From NCBI RefSeq assembly GCF_006345805.1, contig NC_043010.1:47492001-47556000 (forward strand): a stretch of DNA of 64,000 nt, given 5' to 3'. A program made the position numbers and the translations under genes. The notes below the pieces were generated by a model. That model ran no database searches. It saw only the letters and a program-made list of their open reading frames with translations, and was not told the origin of the DNA. The DNA is from Octopus sinensis. Lineage: Eukaryota. Positions 1 through 11,735 of this stretch are shown here, in pieces. Position 1 is the stretch's first letter, and the number at the start of each line of letters is the position of its first letter.

Positions 1-2622
1 AACATTTATTAAAATAAAAGTATTCAGAACACAGAATAACATGTAACAAAAACAATTTGCAAACATATTTACATTCCCATATAACAGTTAAGAACATCAC
101 CTTAATTGTATTACGCTTGTGTGGAAGTGTTTGTTCGACTAGGTGCTGCTGGCTTCATTATGCACAACTCAAGTTAGAGAAGGGGTGCATATTGTACACA
201 AAGTTCAGGTTTTTCAGAGGTACAGCCCCCTAAAAATTCCCTACATATTATACTCAAGGGCAGACTATAAAGATTTATGGTATTTGTGTGTGTCTTTGTG
301 TCTGTGTTTGTCCCCCACCACTGCTTGACAACTGATGTTGATGTGTTTACATCCCCATAACTTAGCAGTTTGGCAAAAGCGAATAAGTAGCAAGCTTTTA
401 AAAAATGTTGGGATGAAAATGGAGTATTGGCATTGATTCATTTGACTAAAATTTTTCAAGGTGGCTGAAAAAAGTAAAATAATGAAGGAAATATGTATTT
501 ATCTTCTCTATATCTATATTATAAATCTGAAATGCAAAAAGTTTGTTTGTTTGTCTGGTTTTGGCATTGAGAATGGGTTAAAGGCCACTAGATCCCATCA
601 GATTGACTCCAAAATTTACAGAGACATGTAAAATGAGGTGAGGATGCAAGTGGGCTAGGTTAGAAATCCCCATCTTAAAATATGTCGTTGCTAGGGCCAA
701 AAACGCACTTTGACAAGTCTACTCTCATTCTTTTATGTAGCTGTCTTCCTCCATCACTCATTCTCTTTCCTCCCTTCCCATCACTTTCTATATATAACAT
801 CGTTTCACAGCGTCTATCTCCCTTACCTTCACTTTCTCTTTATGACGTTGTTTCACAGCGTCCTCAATCTCCTCCTCCTCCCCGCCTTCGACAGTGCTTT
901 CACACACTCTCTCTCTCTACGTCTGTCTGCATTCATAGAGAGAATTATCATCGCCACCACCACCACCACCACAACACAATCATGAGAACAAATATTATGA
1001 ATCAGATATTTATTGGGTTAATTTATATATGTGTGTGTATATATAATGTATATATAATGTATATATATATGTATATATAATGTATATATACAAAGTGTAT
1101 ATATCTGTATTTATGTATATTAAACTTTTTAATACTTTTTGATAGTTATATATATTTTTAAAAAAATTATAAATATAAATTAATAATTTTAATTTTAAAT
1201 TTAAATAATTTAAATTTTTAAATTTTATATTTTATATATTTTGTACGTTATATTTTTATTTTTATGTTTGGGGTTATGTTTTTCACTGTTTAATTTGCCT
1301 AATAGTGGTTTTATCTCTAATTTAATTTATAGGAGTGGCTGTGTGGTAAGTAGCTTGCTAATCAACCACATGGTTCCGGGTTCAGTCCCACTGCGTGGCA
1401 TCTTGGGCAAGTGTCTTCTGCTATAGCCTCGGGCCGACCAATGCCTTGTGAGTGGATTTGGTAGACGGAAACTGAAAGAAGCCCGTCGTATATATGTATA
1501 TATATATGTGTGTGTATGTGTTTGTGTCTGTGTTTGTCCCCCTAGCATTGCTTGACAACCGATGCTGGTGTGTTTACGTCCCCGTCACTTAGCGGTTCGG
1601 CAAAAGAGACCGATAGAATAAGTACTGGCGGTGCTCCAGCATGGCCGCAGTCAAATGACTGAAACAAGTAAAAGAGTAAAAGAGTATATATATATATAAT
1701 TTGTATACATTTGTATATATAATGCGTACACACACACATATATATATATAATCTGCATATATATATAATGTGTGCATTATGTGGTCGATTGTGCTGAAAA
1801 TATGCACACCTATGTTAAAAGTGCTGGTGAGTTTGCATGGCAACTATTTTTTTCCTCAAATGAAAGGCGTGACCTCTAGGACAAAATTCCTCATCTTATA
1901 AAATGTGGCCTGAGTAGACCTGAATGAAATCGGGTTATATTAACCAAAATGTGAAAAGGGGTCTAAATGGGGCTTGAAGCGGATTAAAATTTACAGGAGC
2001 GGGTGTTTAGGAATTCTCTGTTACATGAAGCTAAAAAATTTGCGCCAGCCGTTAAATCGTCAATGTGTTGCCGTCCATGATGAACAAGTTTTGTATGCTT
2101 GCCATGGTCAGTCTACTGCCATGAGAAAGAATCACTTCAAAGCTTGGTGTTTAGGAATTTTCTTTTACATCAAGTTCAAAATTTTACACCAGCTGTTAAA
2201 CTGCCACTACGTTGCTGTCCGTCATTAAGAAATGCCGGCCATGGTGACTCTACTATCCTCAGATTCTATCCTTTCAAACTTTGGTTTCCAATATTTTTTT
2301 ATTTTTATTCAGCTCGCAAGTTCGTCTGTCCCTTTTAAATGTTAGTGTTTTGCTGTCTGCCTTGAAGCAGACCTTTCCGTTGTCACTGCCTGATATTTAT
2401 GATTGATCTTTCACAATATTTTACTTTCTCAACTTACTCAAGATCTTTTGTTGTTTATAAATGGGAGAGAGATAGATAGAGAAAGATAGAGATTAAGAGA
2501 AAGCGAGGGAGAGTCCGAGAGAAAGGAAGAGTAAGAGAGTGGGAAAGTGAGAGAGAAAGGAGAGAGAAACAAAGAGGGAGAATGTGGTGATAAAAAACAG
2601 AAAGTAATAACCACACTCTTAC

Positions 2623-2642
2623 CTGCACGTAGAGCAAGTCAC
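2623..2642 (-). CDS. Candidate 20-nt micro-exon (xDLLYVQ)
   Basis: Acceptor tatactatcttaAG, donor CAG|GTAAGA; phase 1 to 0. Confidence 0.35.
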
Positions 2643-2849
2643 CTTAAGATAGTATATATATATTGCTAGCTAACATCCAGTAGTAAACATTGACTCTCTT
2701 CAATCAAACTCTCATTCAGACTCAATGGTCAAAGACTAGCAACATGCTTGAAACTCAGAGTACCAAGGAGTTTGAATCAAGCTGTTTTGATCCATACATG
2801 TAACTCCCAGTACAATTTCTCCAAACTCTGTTAAGTGCCATTTATGAAT

Positions 2850-3510
2850 GTCTCACCAACAGTTTGCAATGAAGAGACAACCATTACTATACTCGCTGAG
2901 GAATATCCAAATACCTCCAAGGAAAATCCACTTGATGCAACTCATGGAGAGGACCGAAAGTGTCATCAAACGAATGTGCTGGAAAGCTTTCTTCTATGAG
3001 AACCCTTCCACTACTACATCTGCAGATGAGTTTGGCTTCAAATCCTGAAAGTGCCCCTGATGTATGAAAGACCTGAGAACTTTGAGACTGACTTATGGAA
3101 CCTTGTAAAGAAGGTAAGGTTTTGGCATTATTCTAACCCTTTCCTTAAATCCCCTTCTAACCCCTTCCTTAATGACTAGTATTAAACAATCACTCAATTT
3201 ACACATCCTCGCAGATAAAACAAAAAATATTTATGAAACAAATGCTTCCTCACATTCAAGACTCCTCACAAACACCATCACCAAAACACACAAAAAAACC
3301 TGTAATTCCACATACAATGACATAAACACAGAAGCAAAGGTGCTAGCTATCCACCTTAAGATAGATGATTGCGTGGACTGCCTCGCCACATGACCCCCTT
3401 ACATTTCAGGACCATAAGCCTAATTTCCATCCAACTCTAAATGCAGGCTGATCAACCCCTGCAAAAATGAGACAGGTATCATTAGCAAGTGGATTCTCGA
3501 TACTATCAAC
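2850..3510 (+). mobile_element. Degenerate PLE ORF fragment (N-terminal / pre-RT region)
   Basis: YSLRNIQIP..KRMCWKAFF..FGFKS, DKTKNIYE..LKIDDCVDCLA, CRLINPCKNETG resemble the KRMRWKA-type PLE proteins of marine invertebrates; stops and frameshifts present. Confidence 0.7.
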
Positions 3511-3519
3511 TCTATTTAC

Positions 3520-3647
3520 TTTATTTACAATTGATGGATATTTATCATTATCTTGTTTGTTGTTCACACAATGTTTCGGCTGATATACCCTCCAGCCTTC
3601 ATCAGGTGTCTTGGGGAAATTTCAAACCTGGGTTCTCATTGTTGTTG

Positions 3648-3692
<45 letters not shown>

Positions 3693-4080
3693 TCACTGCC
3701 TGGAATCGAACTCAGTGGTTAGTAGCCCGCCCTCTTAACCACTATGCTATATACCGGTGGGCAATTATGGAGTGAATTTTAGGGCTTATAAATCTAATAT
3801 TCTCCTATCCTTCATTAATACCGGTTCCTATATGCTGTTCATATCTGCACTCGGTCTGCTTAGGAGGTTATTGTGTCCTAGCAAATGTGCTACTTCTTTT
3901 AATTTTCATGTTTTCCAGTGGTGTTCTCTGTCTATTATTTTAACTTCATCCCACAGTGGGAGGTGGTCTCCATTTTTCCATACATGATCAGCTATACCTG
4001 ATTTATCAATATCTCCCCATGTCACAGCTTTGCAATGTTCCTCTTCCCTTATTTTGAGGGGTCGGCATGTGTGAAAGTAA
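3520..4080 (-). mobile_element. 3' end of a Penelope/Poseidon-like element: GIY-YIG endonuclease C-terminus followed by pLTR with tRNA-like segment, (AAT)n and HHR
   Basis: Minus-strand translation TCRPLKIREEEHCKAVTWGDIDKSGIADHVWKNGDHLPLWDEVKIIDREHHWK resembles PLE GIY-YIG C-termini; the pLTR is homologous to 18108-18614. Confidence 0.75.
3565..3610 (-). ncRNA. Hammerhead ribozyme, family 2 (CpG-decayed stem III)
   Basis: GACAC-CTGATGA-A-GGCTG..CAGCC-GAAACAT-T-GTGT. Confidence 0.65.
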
Positions 4081-4367
4081 CAAGGAGCTTGAATCAAACT
4101 GTTTTGATCCATATATATATATACAAGCAAGACGCGCCACCCCCCTCCCATCCAATGGACGGTATGTGCACGTCCCCGTAACTTAGCAGTTTGGCAAAAG
4201 AGACTGATAGAATAAGTACTAGGTTTACAAAGGTCAATTCGCTCAACTAAAGGTGGTACTCCAGCATCGCCACAGTCAAATGACTGAAACAAGTAAAAGA
4301 GTATATGTATGTATATATATAGCTATATATATGTATATTTATATGCATATATATATGTATGTATATG

Positions 4368-4439
<72 letters not shown>

Positions 4440-4440
4440 A

Positions 4441-4930
4441 CAACTAATGTAGGATAAAATTTTTTTCGAGAGAAAAAAATGTTATCAATGGCCAGCATAT
4501 CAAAAAATACCTTTAAAGGTTAAATTTATAAATAATTTACAAAATAAGGGCAAAAGAAAAATTCTAATGCCAAATATGCCGAAAAACTTACTCATACCCA
4601 TGGAAGAAGCAAACACTAAGTCATGAGCACAACTAAATACCCCAAATGAATCCAAAATAGAAATACTCCAGCCCATTCAAGACACGTGTGATTTGAACTG
4701 AGGCACTCACAGAGTATCTCATTTACTTCTTTGCCACATGTATCACTGACAAAGGGAGGGTTCTTTTTGAACTAACCCTGAAATCGGTCCGATATGGTAA
4801 TAATGGAATTTTTTAGAAATTTCTGTCGGCCTCTTTTCGAGTAGTGTGTGGGAAAATTATATGGTAAATGGACAATATGTCCAATTTTTGGCATATTTGG
4901 CATTAGAAATTTTTTTCCTTTGCCCTCATT
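4441..4930. mobile_element. Inverted-repeat PLE-pLTR-like insert (family 6) in (TA)n; related fragments at ~7600-8150
   Basis: Both ends read ...AGTTG|TATA outward. Internal arms ggcatatttggcattagaa are inverted. Contains an HHR motif. Confidence 0.7.
4741..4799 (+). ncRNA. Hammerhead ribozyme, family 6 (core CTGACGA decayed to CTGACAA); second degenerate copy at 7988-8048
   Basis: TATCA-CTGACAA-AGGG..CCCT-GAAATCGG-T-CCGATA/TGGTA. The 8 kb copy has stem III palindrome TTGGTACCAA. Confidence 0.65.
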
Positions 4931-5323
<393 letters not shown>

Positions 5324-5499
5324 TATATAAAAGGGCTTAGTAAAATAAATTACTTTGCCGCATACTGAACTCGTTAGAAATAGCAGCTAAAAAACTATTT
5401 CTAACACTTAAAGAAAACCTCTCTCATATAGTGCTTGCTCAATTCAACCCAAGAAAGTATGAGGGTAGAGACATTAAAAAATCAAATGCAAAGGTTATT

Positions 5500-5552
5500 T
5501 GAGTACGTACGTTTCAAGATTAGCCAAATTCGACCCTTCTCTCATCAGCTCA
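5500..5552 (-). ncRNA. Type I hammerhead ribozyme, family 1 (inverted copy)
   Basis: Reverse complement of the intact motif. The first tandem copy (5764-5814, +) lacks the CT of CTGATGA. Confidence 0.8.
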
Positions 5553-6307
5553 GAATGCCCTTGTTTGAGTTTGAAAACACTGAAAATGGGAGCATACCCT
5601 TTCGGCTTGTTATCGCTGGTGGAAAGGGGAGGAGAACAGAATTTTTCTCTTGCATATTTGAGTTAGCTAGCACTGTTAGTTGGGAACAGATCTTCAGAAG
5701 CGATAACAAGCCGAAAGGGTATGCTCCCATTTTCAGTGTTTTCAAACTCAAACAAGGGCATTCTGAGGATGAGAGAAGGGTCGAATTTGGCTAATCTTGA
5801 AACGTACGTACTCAAAACCTTTGCATTTGATTTTTTAATGTCTCTACCCTCATACTTTCTTGGGTTGAATTGAGCAAGCACTATATGAGAGAGGTTTTCT
5901 TTAAGTGTTAGAAATAGTTTTTTTAGCTGCTATTTCTAACGAGTTCAGTATGCGGCAAAGTAATTTATTTTACTAAGCCCTTTTATATAATGTAATAATT
6001 TGAATTTGCCTTAAATGGTCCCTTTGCATACTGAATACTTGGTGAAATTGATTAATTATTAATTAATTTTACCCTCAATTGTGAAATTATATTCATCTCT
6101 CTCTACTTATTTGTCTTGGATTTTACCGAAAAAAAGATAGTGTTTGCTGATTTTAACCCACGCTGGTGGAAAGGGGAGAACAGAAATTTTTCTCTTGCAT
6201 ATTTGAGTTAGCTAGCACTGTTAGTTGGGAACAGATCTTCAGAGCGATAACAAGCCGAAAGGGTATGCTCCCATTTTCAGTGTTTTCAAACTCAAACAAG
6301 GGCATTC

Positions 6308-6359
6308 TGAGCTGATGAGAGAAGGGTCGAATTGGCTAATCTTGAAACGTACGTACTCA
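6308..6359 (+). ncRNA. Type I hammerhead ribozyme, family 1
   Basis: TGAG-CTGATGA-GAGA..TCTT-GAAAC-GTAC-GTA/CTCA: stem I TGAG/CTCA, stem II GAGA/TCTT, minimal palindromic stem III, GUA cleavage triplet. Confidence 0.85.
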
Positions 6360-6859
6360 AATAACTTTGCATTTGATTTTTTAATGTCTCTACCTCATAC
6401 TTTCTTGGGTTGAATTGAGCAAGCACTATATGAGAGAGGGTTTCTTTAAGTGTTAGAAATAGTTTTTTTAGCTGCTATTTCTAACGAGTTCAGTATGCGG
6501 CAAAGTAATTTATTTTACTAAGCCCTTTTATATAATGTAATAATTTGAATTTGCCTTAAATGGTCCCTTTGCATACTGAATACTTGGTGAAATTGATTAA
6601 TTAATTAATTAATTTTACCCTCAATTGTTGAAATTATAATTCATCTCTCTCTACTTATTTGTCTTGGATTTTACCGAAAAAAAGATAGTGTTTGCTGCTG
6701 ATTAACCCACGCTGGTGGAAAAAGAGAGAGAACAGAAATTTTTCTCTTGCATATTTGAGTTAGCTAGCACTGTTAGTGGGAACAGATCTTCAGAAGCGAT
6801 AACAAGCCGAAAGGGTATGCTCCCATTTTCAGTGTTTTCAAACTCAAACAAGGGCATTC

Positions 6860-6912
6860 TGAGCTGATGAGAGAAGGGTCGAATTTGGCTAATCTTGAAA
6901 CGTACGTACTCA
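6860..6912 (+). ncRNA. Type I hammerhead ribozyme, family 1 (third tandem unit)
   Basis: Same intact core and stems as 6308-6359. Confidence 0.85.
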
Positions 6913-7187
6913 AATAACCTTTGCATTTGATTTTTTAATGTCTCTACCCTCATACTTTCTTGGGTTGAATTGAGCAAGCACTATATGAGAGAGGTTTTCT
7001 TTAAGTGTTAGAAATAGTTTTTTTAGCTGCTATTTCTAACGAGTTCAGTATGCGGCAAAGTAATTTATTTTACTAAGCCCTTTATATATGTAATAATTTG
7101 AATTTGCCTTAAATGGTCCCTTTGCATACTGAATACTTGGTGAAATTGATTAATTAATTAATTAATTTTACCCTCAATTGTTGAAAT

Positions 7188-7218
<31 letters not shown>

Positions 7219-8314
7219 AATCTTTAGGTAAATATATTCAATAGAATATTATATACTGAATTATATTGAGTGCTCCATTGTATAAAAATATTAATACTAT
7301 TAAAGTATTTATATATTTAATATGAGTGATATATACATATATTTTTTAATATATTATTATTATCAATAAAGAAAATTAATATCCAAACTCATCATAATGA
7401 TATACCCGTGTGAAAGACATTATTGTATTAATATATATATATATATATATATATAAATATAAAAATATAAATATAATGTATAAAATGAATTTGATAATTA
7501 AAAAATTTTGAATTAATTATTTAAGCATCTTACGATTGTTTCGCAGAAGAATTGTCCCTATAATGAAATCCTATATTGATATTCAGAGATGTATTCAGAG
7601 ATATAAAATATGAATATTGTATAATATATCTTCCATGGGTATAAGTATTTCATTTATTTCTTACCCTATTTATCGCCGACGAGGAGAAAATTCCTTTCCT
7701 CTGTTTTATAAGTTGTTTATAAATTTAACCTTTAAAGGTATTTTTTAATATGCTGGCCATTGATAGAATGTTTTTCAAATTTTATCCTATATTAGATGTA
7801 AATTTTATAGTGTTCACTTCCGGACTCTCTCTCACTCTATGAGAGTTTTCTGTCCGATCACACTTGTCTCGAGGTGTGCTGGAGAATTTCTATTTTGGAT
7901 ATATTTGGGGTACTTAAGTGTGCTCATGACTTAGTGTTTACTTCTTCAATGGGTATAAGTAAGTATTTCATTTATTTCTTACCATATTTATCGCTGACAA
8001 GGAGAAAACTCTTATGAATTAACTCTGAAATTGGTACCAAAATGATAATGACGGAATTTCTGTCAGCTTACTTCAACACGCGTGCTTATAGTGATAAATT
8101 ATATGATTATTGACGATTTGTCTATTTTTGGCATATTTGGCATTAGAATTTGGATTCAGTTGAAAATGGTACTTAAGTTAAAGGCACCAGAATTTAGTAT
8201 GGTATTATCCATATAATTCAAAATGGGGTGATTACAATCAAAATAAGCAACAAGGATATCCAGAGGTAATGCAGTACGGTTGTTTCATGCGACACCATTT
8301 AATTGAACAAACAT

Positions 8315-8347
<33 letters not shown>

Positions 8348-10365
8348 AACATATATACAACAGGCTTCTTTCAGTTCCGTCTACCAAATCCACTCACAAG
8401 GCTTTGGTCAGCCCGAGGCTACAGTAGAAGACACTTGCCCAAGGTGCCACGCAGTGGGACTGAACCTGGTTTGTAAGCAAGCTACTTACCACACAGCCAC
8501 TCCTGTGCCATAAGCAAAAAATTGGTTATACTTCTACAATACACAAAATATTTTCACAATTCTTTTAATACAATTCCTAATAATATTTAATTATATAAAA
8601 ATATAACGGGATCTTTTAGACATTAAATGGGTATAAAGATCCAGTAGGGTGAAATAGGAATCGAAGAGGTTCACAGGCAAAAAATGGTTGAGAAACACTC
8701 ATTTAAACTGTCTGCTCATAAGTAAATCCTAACCATGTCTACTTATTAAATCATACTGTAAGCGGATGAGTTTTTCAAGGATATTTGTACCCTTAACATA
8801 ATTCTCAGACAGTTGTCATGTAACAGCATGACAACTGTGTGACAAGGTTAAACCTTTGACTTGAAATACATTCCATCTGACACAGTTTCTATTGGCTTAA
8901 TCTCAGTCACAGGCTTGGGTTGACCCAATCATATGGCAAAAGACACTTGCCCACAATGCTATGCAGTGGGGTTCAGTGTAGGACCACACAAAACCCTTTT
9001 CAATCATGAATGACCATGGGATTGCATTTAGAAAGTTACCCTCTGAGGCACAAGTTTGGGCAAAGTTGTTTATAGAAACCATCAGTTGCCCATGCATACC
9101 AGCCTCCCCTCTCCATGCCGTCGATGTTATCCAAGGGAAAGGCAAAAACCAGTACAGCTTGGCACCTGTGAAGTCGCAACTCATTTCTAGAGCTGACTGA
9201 ACTGGAGAAATGTGAAATAAAGTGTCTTACTCAAGAACACAACACAGCTTGGTCTGGAAATCAGACTGACTACTGATGCTCTAACCACTGAGCCATGCTG
9301 CCATAAGCACTCAGCTACACAGACATCTCAAAAGCAAATAGTCATCATTTTTTTTTAACTCTTTAGCATTCAGAATAACTCCATCAAATGTACTGCCTAT
9401 GTATTTACATTGTTTTGAATTTACCCTGCGTTATAAGGGTAGATGTGAAAGGTTGGATCTAGCTAGTTCTAACATTAAAAAATCGGTAGAATACTTAAGG
9501 TGGATATGGCCAGTTTAAGTGCTAAAAGCTTAAAGATTTAATCCTAAAAAAAACAAAATAATGTCACTTGAAGCATTTAAATTCTTAATCTACTATTTAG
9601 CAGACATGCCTTATCTTTTACTTGTTTCAGTCATTTGACTGCAGCCATACTGGGGCATCACCTTAAATGGTGTTAATTGAACAAATCAACTCCAGGACTT
9701 ATTTTTTTAAGCCTGGTACTTATTCTATCAGTCTCTTTTGCTGAACTATTAAGTCACAGAGACATAAACACACCAACATCAGTTGTCAAGCAGCAGTGGG
9801 GGACAAACACAAAGAAACACCAACACATAGATTTTCGACCTTATTGCAAGCCTCACCAGTTCTTCCTCTCAACTTTATTGGATTCTAGATTTCGAGACAA
9901 AGAAAATGATATACTAACCTCAAAAATGGCCTGGATGGCGCTTACAACACTCTGTTACTAAATGTTTCATATGATATAATATGATATAATAAAGGTAAAT
10001 TGAATACAGAGATATTCTATTAACAATGCAATAATTTATTTATATTACAATATTACATTAAATACTATGAATATAATATATAACATAATATGATATTATA
10101 TAAATAATTATAAAAACCGTAAAATGCCAACAAATTGTTTCGACTTATATATATTTTTTCTGATACACATAATCACAGTTCCATTATATATAAGTCACTT
10201 CAAGGTCCTTGGTTTCAGAAAGACAAAATTCTGTGTGAAAGGACGGCTAGATTGTAAAAATTAATTCAAATGTCTGTGCTATGAGCATGAGTGTTGACTA
10301 TTCAATCTTACATCAATTACAATTAAAAACAACAAAAACACTTTAACGGATGATACAGTCAAGTA

Positions 10366-10876
10366 CTGTAAATCCTTGAGTATAATCCACATTTTTTCCC
10401 CAAAATTTAAAGGTCAAAATCCCTAGTGCGTACTATATATGAGGTTAAAAATGAAAATTATTTTCTAAGCAATGTCCGAGTCTCTATTTGCTGTCCGGCA
10501 ATGTTTATTCAGATGCATTTTGTGATGTCGGGTGCGAAAATACCTTAAGCTAAGCCTGAAAACAAATGAAGTCATAAAAGGATCATCCATAACTTGCAGT
10601 AAGCAACATTTATTAAATGTTATTACTGTTATTTCTTTATTTTCTGCAAACAAAATGCACAAAATAGCTACACGTTTGCATTGTTATATACACAATAATC
10701 ATAAAAGATGTTACCATATACATTTTTACAACCCAAGGACATTATATAGACTTCCTTGACTCAAGTTAGAGAAGGGGTGAATATTATACACAAGGTTTAG
10801 GTTTTTCAAAGGTACAGCCCCCTAAAAATCCCCTGCATATTATACTTAAGGGCGGACAATACTCAAGGATTTACGG
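10366..10876. mobile_element. pogo/Tigger-like MITE; homologous fragment at ~160-260
   Basis: TA-flanked TIR C(T/C)GTAAATCCTTGAGTAT. Confidence 0.7.
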
Positions 10877-11222
10877 TAAATGCAATCCACAACCATTGGA
10901 ATTCACTTCATTATGTCTGAAACACATACCAATTGAAACCCTTTGATGTCCAAGACAGTCTCTTGTCATCACAATATACAATAATAATATTTGTGCGTAT
11001 ATAAATGTGTATATTTAAGTATCTAAGTCTTCTCCTACGTGTAACTTCAACAAAAAATATATAAACAATTACATCTTCAATACAACAACTCTTTTATCTA
11101 TTTAAATTAGTTGGTATAAAAAAATTTAACTAATAATAATCTTCTATATTTTTTATTTATGGCAGAGTGTATATAATAATGGATATAATATAAATAATAT
11201 GATATAATGATATAGTGTAATA

Positions 11223-11735
11223 TCTATATATATAAAACTGTAGTTGTGTGAGTGTCTGTCCCCTTCGATTTAGATTCCTAACTACTCCCACATTTTGCGG
11301 TGCAGTTTAACCAAATTTGGGTATCTTATAGTCGTGATTCATATCGAGCCCGTCTGAGTATTAGGGCGCGTCTACGATGAGTCTACGATTTTAAAAATAA
11401 TTTAACATCATTTTTTATTCCATTTTAATGCATAATTTTTCGTGTGTCGATGGCGGCGGAGTTGGCGTCCATGGTCACACCTGCACCTGTTTGCTTCTCC
11501 CCCTTCTTCCCTCCCTCGTGAAGCTGTGGGGAAGGGAGTGTAAGGAAATCAACGCCGTAAAGCGTTGTCAAGGAGACCAGCGTTCTTTTAGAACAACGAC
11601 TTCATGGCTTGAAGACACCAAAACAGAAATGGCTAAGAAAGCCCGAATTGGCATCTATAAGGGAAGTAACTCTCTAAAAATGCTTATATAGTTATTTCTT
11701 TTACAAACCCGAGCAACGCCGGGCGATACAGCTAG
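11223..11735 (+). mobile_element. Non-autonomous Helitron
   Basis: A|TC start; 3' hairpin CCCGAGCAACGCCGGG then CTAG|T; no TSD. Confidence 0.8.

Noticed and set aside
6160-6250. Possible second, antisense HHR in the tandem unit (CTGAAGA...GAAAATTT)
   Set aside because: Stem I does not pair and stem II is weak.
5435-6977. Repeated ORFs MLNSTQESMRVETLK.. in the tandem array
   Set aside because: Frames break differently between near-identical copies and show no recognisable domain; incidental.
5615-7190. CRISPR-like or prokaryotic system
   Set aside because: The repeats are long tandem units without spacers, and the context is a eukaryotic intron-rich genome.
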